This document shows, one piece after another, positions 12,873-26,179 of a DNA stretch of 64,000 nt. Positions within the stretch are counted from its first letter, which is position 1. Each line of letters begins with the position of its first letter. The notes under the pieces were generated by a model. That model was not told the origin of the DNA and searched no databases. It saw only the letters and a list, made by a program, of their open reading frames with translations. The stretch covers positions 35,660,304 through 35,724,303 of the forward strand of contig NC_092671.1 of NCBI RefSeq assembly GCF_964355755.1, written 5' to 3'. Both the position numbers and the translations under genes were made by a program. This DNA comes from Antedon mediterranea (taxonomy: Eukaryota; Animalia; Echinodermata).

Positions 12873-14147
12873 TTAACATACTGTATTCACAGTTATTCAA
12901 GTGCGATTGGTGAATATGACTTCTAAATTCTTGACAACACCCCTCTAACTAACATACAGAACTCGGGGCATCAACTCAGTAATCATGGATGATTGTAAAT
13001 GGGGTTAAACAACTGATTAGTGTCACTGAATGGAAGAATTCTTCCCTCTGTACTGATCAACTTTAGGAATAAGAAAAAGGACAAATAAGCTTGCAATCAT
13101 TGTAGGACATATTGATAAAAAATACCACCCCAACACACTAGTGCAGTTCAATTTTAGAATGCAACATTGTCAGTGTACAGCAAGTGTAAAAGTTTATTTA
13201 CACTATCACACTAACAAAAAGTTTGATATGTCCAAATAATGTGTGATGCCCAAATATGTGTACAGCCACATCAAAACCAGGCGCTTGTCGCTAGATAGGG
13301 ATTTGTGTAAAATGCATTTGAATGTGTGAAACTCATATTTTGACCATTTTGTTTTTTTACCATTATCTGATAGGAAATTTACCGTAGATTTCAAAAATAT
13401 ATATCTTATTAACTAATTCAAATGGAAAGGTGGTAAAAATTACATAAATCTGAGCCTCTATCCTCGTGTTTCGATTGAAAGAACGTGGTAATTCGTTATA
13501 AAAAAGCAGTTATTTTCGTCATTCCTACTCCGTAATTTTGTAGATAACCCCTGAAAGCTTGGTATCATTCGATAGGTATTTTGTTCATGAATCTAAAAAT
13601 AAATGAGTGATGTCACAGATTGTACGATATAGACCAATAAAAACCGATTTTATAGAACCCTTTAGTGTAAACAAAAACGGCCTTGTTGCTACGAACACGC
13701 TGAAAGAAGCGATGTGATTGGTTTAATTTTGTCACATGACCCATCCAGCATGGAAAATTCCAGGTCAACAAAATCTTATCGCTAGTACACGCTTGTCGAG
13801 AAAAATATATTTTTTATAGTTCATCTAAGTACTGTACACATTAATACTAAAGTGACGTGTACTGACTCAGACTTGATAACAATAAGTTATAACATACTAA
13901 AGTAAAGGGCCTAGCTAAGTTATTTATCGTAAGAGTTGATATTAGCAATGTAACTCTCAATCCACTGGCACTAGGCCTAGCTAGGTACAGTAGGCTAGAC
14001 CTGGCTCTACTAGGCCTAGTACTATAAGCCTAGACTAGGCGGAGATCCGCCTAGGCCTACTACTACGCTGGGCTACTAGCCTAGATAGGCTGCATGGCAT
14101 AGTAGGCCTAGCTAGCTAGTAATAATAATAGTAATAACAACAACAAG

Positions 14148-15245
14148 GGGTGTCACGAAACCTCAGACCACGAAAGCTCAGACCCCCTAAGACCTAAGAT
14201 CACGAAAGCTAAGACCCAACACCTAAGATTACAAATACTAAGATATACTACAGCTTAAAAACAATACTTGTTTATCCATACATAATTTTAAACACAGTAG
14301 GTTTCATTTATTACCATAAATATAATTTAATACTACCGCAAAACATAGATAAACTCACATTATTTTCGCCCGTTGAGTAAATGTATATTTTTTCTTTACA
14401 ACAAACAAACTTGACGGGTTGTTTGTTGGTATATATTTACTCCATTGTGTTGGTTCAGAGGATGTTTTTCTTACGCACCTGCCTTTCTTGTATTTTGACT
14501 CCAAATTTGTTGACTAACTTTATCCTGAACACCACACTTTAAAATTAGGACTTATAAGTACTTTCAGAAGGAGAAACACATAATAACAAATAAATAAAAC
14601 CTTTAAATTGATGATTTTACAGATGTGTTTCTTTGTACTGTATACTGTAATGACAATGTAACTCCTCGAGCTCCCCATGCTCAATGTTTTTGTTTCTATG
14701 GAGCGCCAAAAGAGCAACAATAATAGTACAAGTATAAAAACAGAAAGAAAACGAAACAAAAAAACTTATCATGATTTTTGAATTAAAATTTATTTGCCAG
14801 TATTTATTTCTTCGTACTTGCATGATTATACTATTATCATTACAATTTTAATTTTACATTGTTCCATCCACACTGTAGATGGACTCCACAGAGTTTTCAG
14901 CCCTCTATATAATTTTCGCTCTTTTGACGTTCCATAGAAACAAAAACATTGAACATGGCCCATGGGGTATGGGGTAGGCCTACTGTACTGTAGGCTAGTC
15001 ATTTTGTGTGCGAGAAAAACGTCTGTAAAATCATCAATTTAAAAATGTATTTGTTACTTTTTATGTGATTCTTTTTCATGAAAGTGCCAATTCTAAGGTG
15101 TGGTATTCAGAATAAATGTTGGGAGTTAAAATACAAGGCAGGTGCGAAAGATAAATATTTGTAATCTTAGGTGTTGGGTCTTAGCTTTCGTGATCTTAGG
15201 TCTTAGGGGGTCTGAGCTTTCGTGGTCTGAGCTTTCGTGACACCC
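14148..15245. mobile_element. Mutator/foldback-like non-autonomous element nested in the Sola-like element
   Basis: ~90-bp internally repetitive TIRs GGGTGTCACGAAA.../...TTTCGTGACACCC; CAACAACAAG duplication at 14138-14147 and 15246-15255 (8-10 bp TSD depending on terminus). Confidence 0.8.
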
Positions 15246-15469
15246 CAACAACAAGGCCTAGCCCAATTAAAATAAGATAGAGTTTTCTCTCTATAGTATA
15301 ATAAGCCTCCTGGAAGGCTTTACTTACTAGGCCTAGGCCTACTGCTGGGCTATTTTATTTATTTCAATTTGGTTAAATTTCATTTGCTTAAAAATTGCCA
15401 ATGATGGGTTGGGTGTGTGGGGAGTGTGTGCAAAACATAAACCGTAAAAACCAGAAAACCAGTACAACT

Positions 15470-15938
15470 ACAATACAAATCCCTCACAAATAAAATACTG
15501 GTACCTTGGCTAAATTTCATGTTATTCATCATGCTTAAAAACATTGTTCAAGCTAACAGGTGTGTCTATCTGTCATGATCAGGCCAGGTGCTGGTTCAAC
15601 AATAGACGTATTACATAACTTTAACAACATTAAAATCCAGTACAATACAAATCCCTCACAAATAAAATACTGGTACCTTGGCTAAATTTCACGTTATTCA
15701 TCATGCTTAAAAACATTGTTCAAGCTAACGGGTGTGGCTATCTGTTATGGTGCTGGTTCAACAATAGAATACATAACATTGTTTGAAGGTTTGCATGGCG
15801 AAATCAAATGTTGATATAAAGTTTGCGGTACACCACGTATATTAAGTCTGAAAAGAACTGTTGAGTTTCTCTTACATACATAACATTAACACTAAAAACC
15901 AGTACAATACAAATCACTCACAAATAAAATACTGGTAA
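15470..15938. repeat. ~170-bp tandem repeat (about 2.3 units) containing a 95-bp retro-insertion
   Basis: CAATACAAATC(C/A)CTCACAAATAAAATACTGGTA occurs three times. Confidence 0.85.
15781..15875 (-). mobile_element. Short Penelope-like family C insertion with 12-bp TSD
   Basis: Reverse complement matches 61625-61686 and 27816-27848; ATACATAACATT at 15769-15780 and 15876-15887. Confidence 0.75.
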
Positions 15939-17094
15939 TTGAATTTTGCCGACCAGAAACGAGGGACATTGTGTGCCCTGCGCCATTTTGAACAAAAAGC
16001 AGATAAAATAAAGTAAAAAGAGAAATAAAATTGAATAAAGTTCATTAATAAAATGTTTGCTGTTTTTTTAAAATTTGTTTAGAACTAATAATAAGCTAAG
16101 GCAATCTTCCTGAATACCTACTAGTAGGCCTACTGTATTATTCTTACACTACACTATTATAAATGAATTTGACAGATTTTACGTAAATTAGTGGTACTTT
16201 GTAATCGTCATAATTAACTATGATAACCACCTCGGATTTTGATGAAATTTTCATGAATATCAGAAAACACTATATTGAATAAGTGTGCCAAATTTCAGAA
16301 TGATTGTTTATCTAGAAGGTAGTGTTGCTAAGGTGTTAATTGTTCAATCTGTAACAGCATGGGGCAACTTCCTGTCTGATTTGTCATTAAACTTTGACTG
16401 TTAATTACTCAGTAATTACAAATAAATTGTAGTATAAATGCTATATACATTTATTGCCATAACTCTGGGAATATTTGCTTGATTTAAATGATCCAAACAC
16501 CATTTTGAAGGATATATTGTGAGGAATACCATTATAGTATCAACTAAAAAAATATATATTTCACCAAGTGCCTGGTTTTGATGTGGCTGTACACATATGG
16601 TAGTAAATATGCTCAATTATGGTAGTGTCCATATATGGGCACATCACATTTTTTTGTAACATAAAGTTTTAATTCATCGTCTCACAACTTGTAAATAGAA
16701 CTATAGCCTAGTTCAACTTGGTGTTTCTATAATGAATAAATCGCGTAAAATGTTATATTCCATAGCAATCTACTGTATGAGCTGCATCTCCCGATTAATT
16801 TTAGCTTTTTAGTTATAGATGAATTAGTTTTTTTCGTGATATGCAATATGTACATTACTATGAAATTGAGGAAAAGGAAGGTTAATAGGAATACCCATAT
16901 TTCCATGATTGAAATTTCAAGTCATGTGCATTAATTTGATTTCAATTGCTAATTAAATTTACATAAGTAATTTTGAATAAGAAATAAATGAATTTAATAA
17001 ATAAATTAATCAATACGGTGAAAAAACGCTTTGATTAATGTTTTATATGTAAATTGAAAATTGTTTTAATGAGAAATCAAAATGGTAGGAATCA

Positions 17095-17234
17095 TGTCTA
17101 CACTATCAAAATGAAAATGTGCCCATATATGGATATGATGATGTCATATCACTACCATATTTGGGTATATCACTACAATATTTGGACACATCACACTTTT
17201 TTTGTAAAAACAGTTTGATAGTTTAGACAGAGCT
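17095..17234. mobile_element. Harbinger-like MITE family H1 copy
   Basis: TGTCTACACTATCAAA ... GTTTGATAGTTTAGACAGAGCT. Confidence 0.8.
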
Positions 17235-18092
17235 TTTAAACAGCAAAGTGATAGTCTTTCTACATGGTGGCTCGCTTTTTGAGCTATGATTGTATCTTGC
17301 CTTGCCTTCTGTAATATTATTAAACTATAGAGGGCAGTACTATGAATTTTAAAATGTTAGATGCATTTTTCCTTTAAACAAAATTTCTGTTTTATTTTTT
17401 TGACTTATCTCGAATAGTTAGGCCTTTTCACTTGCAACCTGATGTTTTCCAAAATGTCATTTTTTTCATGCCATCAACAATAAGACATTCCATTGAGCAT
17501 CCCTATTGGATAATGGTATCTTCTGCAAACTGTGCTAGCCATTCCACTTTCCAGCATCATCATTTCTTTGTAACTCCATTGCAGCAGTCATAGACTACCA
17601 ACGTCATAGACTTCCAGTGCGGGTGTTAGTGTCATAGGCAGGATGCAGAAGACAAAACAAATTAATATACATTTTTAAGAAAAATTTATTGCTGAGATGA
17701 CATGCAACTGGTTTATTGTTATTTGCTTGTTTTACTTGCACAAAAGTGTACTAGAGATTACCAATGTAAGATTCAAGGTTCAAGAAATTTTATTGGTCCA
17801 CTTCAAAATTGAAATTCGTTTTGCTTGGCATAATTAAGACAATAAAACAACAGAGAAAAATACTTCAAATTGCAAAAGGCAATGTTAAAATAATGTTAAA
17901 AATACTGTTAAAATGATTAAAATTTAATTTCTAGACATCGTTATGATACTACTAGAGACAATACAATTATCATGCTTCAGTTAATTACTAACCATATAAT
18001 TATAGAGGGCACTATTGTACACAATTTTAGTTTAGACAACTTGGCAGCATGCCATATTGTACCGGTCATTAGAATGGCAGTTAAAAAGTAAA

Positions 18093-18380
18093 AGTGAGTG
18101 GCCGAGCGGTTAAGACAGTGGAACCGTAATTATGTAGCCATAACATCGGCAGGGGTTCGAGGCTCACTCACTCTATGGTTCTGGTGGTAGAACGAGTCTT
18201 CTCGGATAAGGACTATAAACTAACCGTAGGTCCAGTGTACACATCTAGCTTGTGTGCACTTTAAATAATCTAGTACATCTTTCGAGACGAGTAGGGGGTT
18301 ATAACTGGGCCCTCTGGGAGACCAGTCTTTGACTGAAGAGGTTACCCAGTATAAATATATATTTCAATTCAATCAATCAA
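18093..18380 (+). mobile_element. DeuSINE-like tRNA-derived SINE, copy 2
   Basis: Same head and core as 4629-4938 with an internal deletion; (CAAT)n tail. Confidence 0.85.
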
Positions 18381-19111
18381 TTATTATGTTTCTAGTGAAT
18401 ACAAATTCAACAATGTATTGTGCTCCAAAAACTTGGAAAATAAATAAAATTAATCGCTTATAAAAAGAAAAAATAACCAGTTAAATTCAACCAAAAACCT
18501 ATTGACTTCAAGTCAATTTGACTATTTTTTGCTTAAATTACATTTTTTTCAGGTAAATAATTTTTTTTCCAATCCAATTTTTGGTCACTATTATGTGAAA
18601 TTAAAATGGCATGTATTCAACAAAAATATAAAAAAACATAAATTTTTCAGGGTGACAATATTTCTTTAACAATTTAAATAAATACTTTGTTGGTTTTTTT
18701 GTGTCTACTATAGACCTATGTATACTTATAGTTTTGTTACTTTTTTAATATGAAGTTTTTTTACAGTTTTGTGTATATCAAAATATATAAATGTTTTCAT
18801 TAACACTTCTATCTATTTAAACAAACCAAAAAAAAAAAAAACCAATTGCTGCAACCCAACCTAAAAATAAAGAGAAAACAAATTATCAACAATACTGTGT
18901 TATTTGAAATAATAATCATTTGCGTTTATATATATTTACAATAGAAATTAAACCTACCCTACTTTTAGTAATTGCACAAATATTAAACAAATTGATGGAC
19001 TCCAAATCAATCATCGTCCCCTTAAGCTACGATTATCCGCTATGAGAGCCAGCTTTATACAAAACCGTTGACAATATGAGTTAGACCCAAAAGATTTGAG
19101 TAAATTGTTCA

Positions 19112-19416
19112 GGGAAATCCATGTATAGTAATTAAACTTTGCCATTATATGATAAAACCTTTCAATTTTTAGAAATTTTAAAAATAATTTTTTTCTTTAT
19201 TGTCCTATTTTTATACAGTACCGTACATTCTTTAAAGCATAATGGATTAACATAAGGCAACTTTGGGAAATCCATGTATAGTAATTAAACTTTGCCATTA
19301 TATGATAAAACCTTTCAATTTTTAGAAATTTTAAAAATAATTTTTTTCTTTATTGTCCTATTTTTATACAGTACCGTACATTCTTTAAAGCATAATGGAT
19401 TAACATAAGGCAACTT
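19112..19416. repeat. Apparently perfect 152-bp tandem duplication
   Basis: GGGAAATCCATGTATAG...CATAAGGCAACTT at 19112-19263 and 19265-19416. Confidence 0.9.
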
Positions 19417-19625
19417 ATTTCAAAAGAACAATTTCCTCCTCTCATCGTCCACTTTCATTTAAATCCCAATAATCCACACCTTTTTCCAAAATGTCTGATC
19501 CATATGAACTTACTGGATTTCTAAAAAGTTTAATCTCAGAGCAATTTCAGTAAAACCTGAGGAATAATTGTAATTGTTCTTACAGACGTAAGACAATCCT
19601 CCTAATTTCAGGGAGATCAGAGAAA

Positions 19626-19885
19626 TTAATGCTTGGGTAAAATCTTGGTGGTACCTTGTTTGACTAGATTCCTCCATAACTTCTTATCTGCCATTGTGAC
19701 AGCCAGTTCATCTTTCTGCATACCAGTATCCGTCTCTAGTACATCAATGTATGTGAGTGCTGGTCTTCCTTGTTTTGCAAGCCCATGTTTTGACTGCCAC
19801 ATCAGAACATCTGCAATCATCTTTATTGCGAAGACAGTGTCCAGCAAGTCTCCTTCTTGTTATTTTTGGTGTGGCCAAAGAGCCA
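19626..19885 (-). mobile_element. RTE-clade LINE 3' fragment
   Basis: LAGHCLR...VLMWQSKHG...QGRPALTYIDVLETDTG...MADKKLWRNLV is a typical RTE ORF end. Confidence 0.75.
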
Positions 19886-19980
19886 TATGTAATACTTCAT
19901 TATACTGATTTTAAAGTTATGTTATACTTTAAAATAAGAAACACATTTATAAAGTTTATTTTATTCTTTATAAAATATAG

Positions 19981-20212
19981 AGCAATATCGACTTGTAAAG
20001 TTTGTTTGATTGGTTATGGCTTGATGCGAAATGACAGTAAAACCCTTCTGGAGACGCTTCACAAACAACAATTCCAGGTGATCGTGGTTGATGAGTCACA
20101 CTATTTGAAAAACCTGAAAGCAGCTCGAACCAAAGTTCTTCTGCCATTGCTGAAGAAAGCCAAAAGGCTGTTGCTTTTAACAGGTACTCCAGCATTGGCA
20201 AGACCAGCCGAG
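19981..20212 (+). CDS. ZRANB3: ZRANB3-like exon (motif II DESH, motif III TGTP)
   Basis: aaatatag acceptor (phase 2, GG+A=Gly), GAG|gtgtgt donor; AISTCKVCLIGYGL...FQVIVVDESHYLKN...LLLTGTPALARPAE. Confidence 0.92.
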
Positions 20213-20571
20213 GTGTGTGTATTCTCAATCCTTTAAAAGTCAATTGGCAACTTTTCCAATACCAGACAGGTTATCAAAATGTCTGGTTTTCAGAAAGAAT
20301 GTCTGCGATTTCAATTAATCTTTTTGTCATTATTCTGGTTTTGGGAAAGTTTTCATTTTTTAGTGAAGTTTATAGTTTTTAGTAAAGTTTGTTTTTTAGA
20401 CATCAGTATTCTTATTAGACAAAGGCATGCTGCTAAAAATTAAAGTTAACTTTTTGGAAAAAGTGAATCAATTTATTTAGCAGAAAAACTTCAAAATACT
20501 TGAATTTCAATAATTTATGATTATGGACAAAAAATTGATACCGTAGTCAAAAGTTCTTGAAAAAATTGTAT

Positions 20572-20748
20572 GATACACAGATGAGCGGTAACAGTAAGCG
20601 AAATATCATGTAGCTTGTCCAACGTAGAGTCTGTATCTATCCTCAGCGGAAACCGCTCATCCGCTCACCATTTTGTGTAAATGGTCATAAGGAGTAAACA
20701 TAGATTCTATATTACTGTTGTTACTGCTCGTCTGTGTAAATTGGCCTT
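20572..20748. mobile_element. Degenerate Harbinger-like MITE
   Basis: TACACAGATGAGCGGTAACAGTAA / TTACTGCTCGTCTGTGTA imperfect inverted repeats. Confidence 0.5.
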
Positions 20749-21940
20749 ACGTCTTAGTGAAAAAACAAATTTCAAAAATAGAATAAAAAAGTAGTTACTG
20801 TTCATTGGTATTTATAAGGCAATGACACTTACTGTACTCAGATTAATTTAAACCTAGAACTGAATTTAATTTATTTCCTTTTTAAATTAAAAAGTGTATT
20901 CCATCAAAACGAATGTTCAAATTGTGTTATGAAATTGATGGAAATGAATTTATATATTTATACTAGTTTTTATAAAAGGAAATTACAGAATATTTCTTTT
21001 AAAATTGATATGAAATGAAAAAGAATTGCTTTTTTGAATTCCATCTCTTGTGGACAGATTAAAAGATGATATAATGTAAATTTGATCTCAAAGAAAATAA
21101 GATTCGTTCTCTGTTTTGTAGATTATCATCTTCAAATTGTCTTTGTATATTATAAAAGGAACTTATGTGATTAACATTCATGAATATAGTTTAATTAATT
21201 TGAAATATTTAACCCACAAGTCATTTGATTACTCTCTTGATTCTCATCATTGCTCTATGTAACTCTCCCCTGTTTCTTTCTTTAGAATTTCCAATTATTT
21301 TATCTCCTTTTTTGTCTAGAGGGAAGGGAGTAATGTTAGGTTGCGATTTATAAAGTTGATTAAAATACTATACACTGCTGCCTATAACGACATTTACTGA
21401 TTCTGTTGCACAAAATAGGCTAGCATTTATTATGGAAAAAAAATTCAATTATTTGAAAAAATATCAAATATCTTAATATAGCTTGAGTTAAAATTTATAA
21501 TATTTGATAATAAAAAACAGAAACAAAATGTTAATTTTCATAAAAAAAGTAATTATTTTTATGTGAAAGTTGGACACATTTAAAAAAACATTTAATCAAT
21601 AATTTAAAACATTACAGTAACCAAATTTAAATGTCTTTTTTGTTGGAACGTCTAATTGGTAATATAAGGTTTTGTCTCTTTTGTCACCCTTGGAACAAAA
21701 GCTATTTGCTATTATTGTTTTTTGCTAAAATTACTAAAAAAGAATAGGCCTATATTATAAACAAAAATAAAAAGTTCACTTTTACGTAATATACAGTATG
21801 TATTGAGTACGTGAGTTTTAATCTTACTGAATTGTAGATTTACATAAAAATTAAGAAATTCTTTAGACAGGTAGAAAATTGAGTTCTTACTGTTAAAAAA
21901 TAAAACTATATCTAATTATAATTTTTTTTGTATTTAATAG

Positions 21941-22059
21941 TTGTTTCCACAGTTGGATTGCTTACAACCTGGTTTGTTTGGCACCTGGACAACCTTTACC
22001 AAGCGATTTTGCGGCGCAGGCTGGCGATATTTTGGACGTAACAAAACTTGGGATACAAG
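21941..22059 (+). CDS. ZRANB3: ZRANB3-like exon (not in the ORF track)
   Basis: tttaatag acceptor, AG|gtaata donor; LFPQLDCLQPGLFGTWTTFTKRFCGAGWRYFGRNKTWDT resembles the ZRANB3 LF.Q...FG.W...KRYC.A...YFG...WD segment. Confidence 0.9.
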
Positions 22060-22107
22060 GTAATAAAGTTTTTAGTAAGTTATCTTACAAAATAAAATAT
22101 AAAATTG

Positions 22108-22370
22108 TTATTCAAGGTATATTTACTCAATCAAAGAAATCATACAACAGGGAATAATTTCGCCAGTGTAGCATAGCAAAAAGCTATACAAAACAACCTT
22201 ATTGCTACACATTTCTACAATTGTGTACAGTGTAGCAAAAAATACAATACAAAACTATGTTTCTCGAATAAAAAATTTTAAAATGAAATTTTTCCCTGTA
22301 CAGGCAGCCAAAGGCTGAAATGAGTATAATTTTACAGATATAAAAACTTTAAAATTAATGTACATTTAGT
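22108..22370 (-). mobile_element. LINE-like 3' end interrupted by a small CAGGG-ended MITE (~22148-22278)
   Basis: Flanks rejoin to the reverse complement of 54165-54255; insert ends CAGGGAATAATTTC / GAAATTTTTCCCTG. Confidence 0.55.
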
Positions 22371-22619
22371 AATCAAATATTAAAAACATCTTGAAAAAAC
22401 ATAACAAACAAGAAAAGGACAACTAGAAAATTTGTGTAAAATTCACATTCAATGCCTGATAATTAAAGATTTATCATGTATAATGTATTATTAGCATTCA
22501 TCACCTTTTTATAACCATATATGGTAAGATTGTATGTAAGCAAACCTATTGGTACACGCTTGACAGAGTCCATTTTGCCGTTTGCTACTATCAATGTACA
22601 AGAAATGATAGTCAACAAA

Positions 22620-22743
22620 GCCATATACATGATTGCAGTCACATGCTCAAATTTGAGTTAGTGTTCCGACCGACCAACCAGCTGACCAACCGTCCGACCG
22701 TCCGACATAGTGAGCTGTAGAGTCGCGTTGCATGATGAGTAAA
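22620..22743 (-). mobile_element. Short DINE-1/HINE-like element
   Basis: GCAACGCGACTCTACAGCTCACTATGTCGG with (GGTC)n on minus strand; second copy on + at ~53080-53170. Confidence 0.65.
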
Positions 22744-23803
22744 TATTATAGCATTCAAGAACTTGTTCCATATGCTAGCAAAGAATTTAAAATGTAACTT
22801 TATAATAATTATGCAGCTAATTAAAATTTTGCTCGCTATAATTATTGTTTATGCCTTGTGTGTTTGCAATAAGTTTACTCCTGATGATGTAATTTATTGT
22901 AAACTCTTTTTCATCTTAGCCAAAGGACTATGTTGTTAATATCTATATTTCCTTTTTCTTGGAATATTTAGTTTGATTTACCAGCACCTAGCATTTTGTG
23001 AATCTGTTTTCTGGTCATTATTAAATGTAATTCACACGGATAATGATGATGAACAAATTTGCCCTGTGTTTATTAGTGAGAAATAACAGTCAAATACGTA
23101 CGAATCTCTCATCTATCTTCTTTTAGCACCTTCCTACCTTGAGGTGTAGTGTGCCTAGATATTTCTTTTTTAATTTCCTTTCAAAAGTAGTACAGTACTT
23201 GAATAGGGTGGTTCACCTTACTTGCAAGCTGCAATTGAATGTGAAAGTTCAATAATGTACAACAAAAAGGATTGTGAAATTGCAACTGTTTTTTTACCAT
23301 TTAGGCTGTGACAAGAGTGATAATGATTGATGAAAGAAAAACAATTTCTTTATTGATTTTTTTTGTAATGAAGATATTAAAATTGATTAGAAAGTTTAGG
23401 TCTTTTCACAAGAAAAACTTCTGTTACATGCATTCATTCATTCATCTTTTATTTCGAAAAAAAAAAAAAAAAAATTTGCATTATAATGAGTAATATATAT
23501 TGATATTCCTTAAGCCAAAATACCCTTTAAATATTTCCATATTTTGCTGTTCAGCTATGCTTTTGGGTAAAATTTGTGCATACAGCTGTAATTGATTGAT
23601 AATATTTGTCAAAATGCATTGTATTTTGAATCGATATGTAAGTAAACTTACTTTTAATGAGTCAAATGTCATGCATTACATTCATCATATAAATGTTTTC
23701 TGACATACCACATTATTATAAAGTAAAACGAATGAAGCTTTGTTTTCTTAATTTGCAACTATATTACTTTACAGCACATGTTGAATGAAAAAACATTTCT
23801 TAA

Positions 23804-24345
23804 AGATGTATTGTCCCTTGAAACACAAAAAAATGAAAGTCAGAATATTCTAAATCTAAATTGACCATATTATCAAAGTGATAATAAAGTTATTCACTTT
23901 AAGTCGAAAATTCGAGCCAAAAACAAGTTTACGTAATTAACAGGTAAATTAATTTGATTACATTTTGTTAGGAAAATCGTCGCGAGCGAAAATAAACAAA
24001 AGATTTCAAACCAGGAGTATGCATTGTGCATTATGCTAATTACGATTGTTTACAACTCGTCACGGTTGAGAAGGTGTTTTCACACAGATCACAAGGAAGT
24101 TTTATGATTATGCATACAGAGTAGCCAAACAAGCCCGTTGTATTATGAGATAAGTTTTGATTGAAAACTGGAAGTCAAAGTTATTTTTTGAACAAAAAAA
24201 CGTCTGTATTTCAGTTAAATAATTTTTTTTTTGACTAATTTTTGTTGAAAGTTAGTAACTATTATGATACTTCAAAATGACCCAATTTTTTTTGAAATAT
24301 TTTATTTTTTATTTTTTTGGAATTGATCAAAGGGAGAATACATCT
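23804..24345. mobile_element. Kolobok-like MITE with TTAA TSD
   Basis: TTAA|AGATGTATTGTCCCTTGA ... TCAAAGGGAGAATACATCT|TTAA; AG..CT termini. Confidence 0.8.
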
Positions 24346-25624
24346 TTAACATTATACTCATCAAAATCATGTTCTCCCGTTTTGCCGCAGAAATTGATGC
24401 TGTTTTTTTTTCAAGAGAAATAAATGTTTTAATGTAGTCACATTGCAATAAATATTGGCATTAGTTTATACAACTAAACCACTCAACGAAGACAAAACAT
24501 TTAATATAGTACAGTATTTGTTTTACTGAAAGTTAGACTTAGGCCTAGACAAACTATAAAGTTGGGTGCGTTTTTAGTATTAATATTGACCGTACCTACA
24601 AAATGTATTATAATATATATCAGGTGTTTTTCTGAATTTTAAATAGGCAGCACATTTTCACAGAACACTCTATAGATCAATTACTATTACTATTGTATTA
24701 CTACTTTATTTTACTACTATTTTTTTCCCTCAAACTTCTTTACAAAACGCTGAATTGATTAGTGTAACTATTAGATATCATTTTTCCGTTCATTAGAACT
24801 AATACCAAATGGAATGTGATATGTAATTAACCAATCAAATGGCAAGGATACACACAGGTGTGTAATTATATCAGTGAATTTCAATTCTCTTTTTAAAACT
24901 ATTTTTATATATGGGAAAAGGTATACATTGAATACAAAGTGAATTACCGAAGACATTTATGCATTTATTTGGAGGTGGGAAATCCCCCATTTAATAGCTG
25001 AATTTGTATGACATTTTGTATGAGAGCCTTCACAATCAAGAGATCTTTCATTTTTTTATTGCTAATGCTAAAACTATAATCTTTTTATCTCAAGTACAGC
25101 AGCGTGTGATACTACAGTACCGGTAGTATCAATGATTTATTCAGCATTGTCTAAGCATTATGTCCCAAAATATTGATACAAGTATATTAATGTTGTCTTC
25201 TTCTGCTTCATTATTTAAAATACAAACAATGTTTGTATATAAAATATTCAATAGATATTTTTTTGTTATCCTTTTTCTTTTATTAATACAAAAAAATATA
25301 ACATTATTTTGATATATGACATTGACAGTATTTTATGAAATATTAACTTTATAGTTTGTTATCTCAAAACAAAGACTGTTGTTAGAGATAATACCTATGT
25401 TTAGAATATTTTTGTTGTTATTCTTCAATAATTAGTCAATTCACGTTCACCGTGTATGATATTGAGTAATTGTTTTAATGATGTACTATATGAGGTTCCC
25501 CCAAAAGGCATTTGTTACGAAAAAAGTGTCGATACTTGAAAGTAGCAACAATTCCAAATATTACAACAGAAAAACACGTTGTACAAGCTCTCTTGAAGAG
25601 TTTACTCTCTCATGTCTTGAAAAG

Positions 25625-25815
25625 AAATGATGGTGGTTTGTGGGGGAGGCTCCTACCTGAGGGCATAGTTCATGGACTATACTATTGGTGAAGAGGGGTG
25701 TTCAATGAAAATTTCTATATTTCTAGTTATATCTCGCTCTTTAAACAGACAGGGCTGTTGGTTTATCCAGGTAAGCTAGAGCTCACAGACTACCAACATC
25801 ACTGTTGGTTTGTGT
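25625..25815 (-). mobile_element. Family B repeat, copy 2
   Basis: Homologous to 3425-3622. Confidence 0.65.
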
Positions 25816-26179
25816 AATATTATATAATCTTTAGTTACACTACAGTATATAAATCTAAATTTCCAGCTAACTTTTAAAAGAGAATATGAACGAAAGAGAT
25901 TTTACATTTAAGAATATTATAGAAAATTGAAGATAGTTTTCACATCTTTTTTGAATGGAATTTCCAACATGATATATGTTATAAAAAGTCAAAAATATAA
26001 TCTGCAACAGATTTGTCTGACCTTACCATTACCTCGCATGGCAAATGTGACATTTTAATAACATTTTTAGAAAATGTTATTATAAGCTATCATTTTATGA
26101 TCATCTGTTGTAATATTTTAAAATTATTTCAAACATTTTTTTTTAGTCTTGCCTCAAATTATTGCATAGAATGTATATT

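Larger units (their letters stand above)
13258..16594. mobile_element. 3.3-kb non-autonomous DNA transposon, Sola1-like, inserted in an H1 MITE
   Basis: ~30-bp TIR GTGTACAGCCACATCAAAACCAGGCGCTTG / CAAGTGCCTGGTTTTGATGTGGCTGTACAC; 4-bp ATAT TSD (13254-13257, 16595-16598); removing it restores the MITE (13199-13257 + 16599-16670). Confidence 0.8.

Noticed and set aside
13900-14125. TAGGCCTA/CTAG-rich palindromic tract as a regulatory array
   Set aside because: Irregular low-complexity sequence inside a transposon; no fixed period or other support
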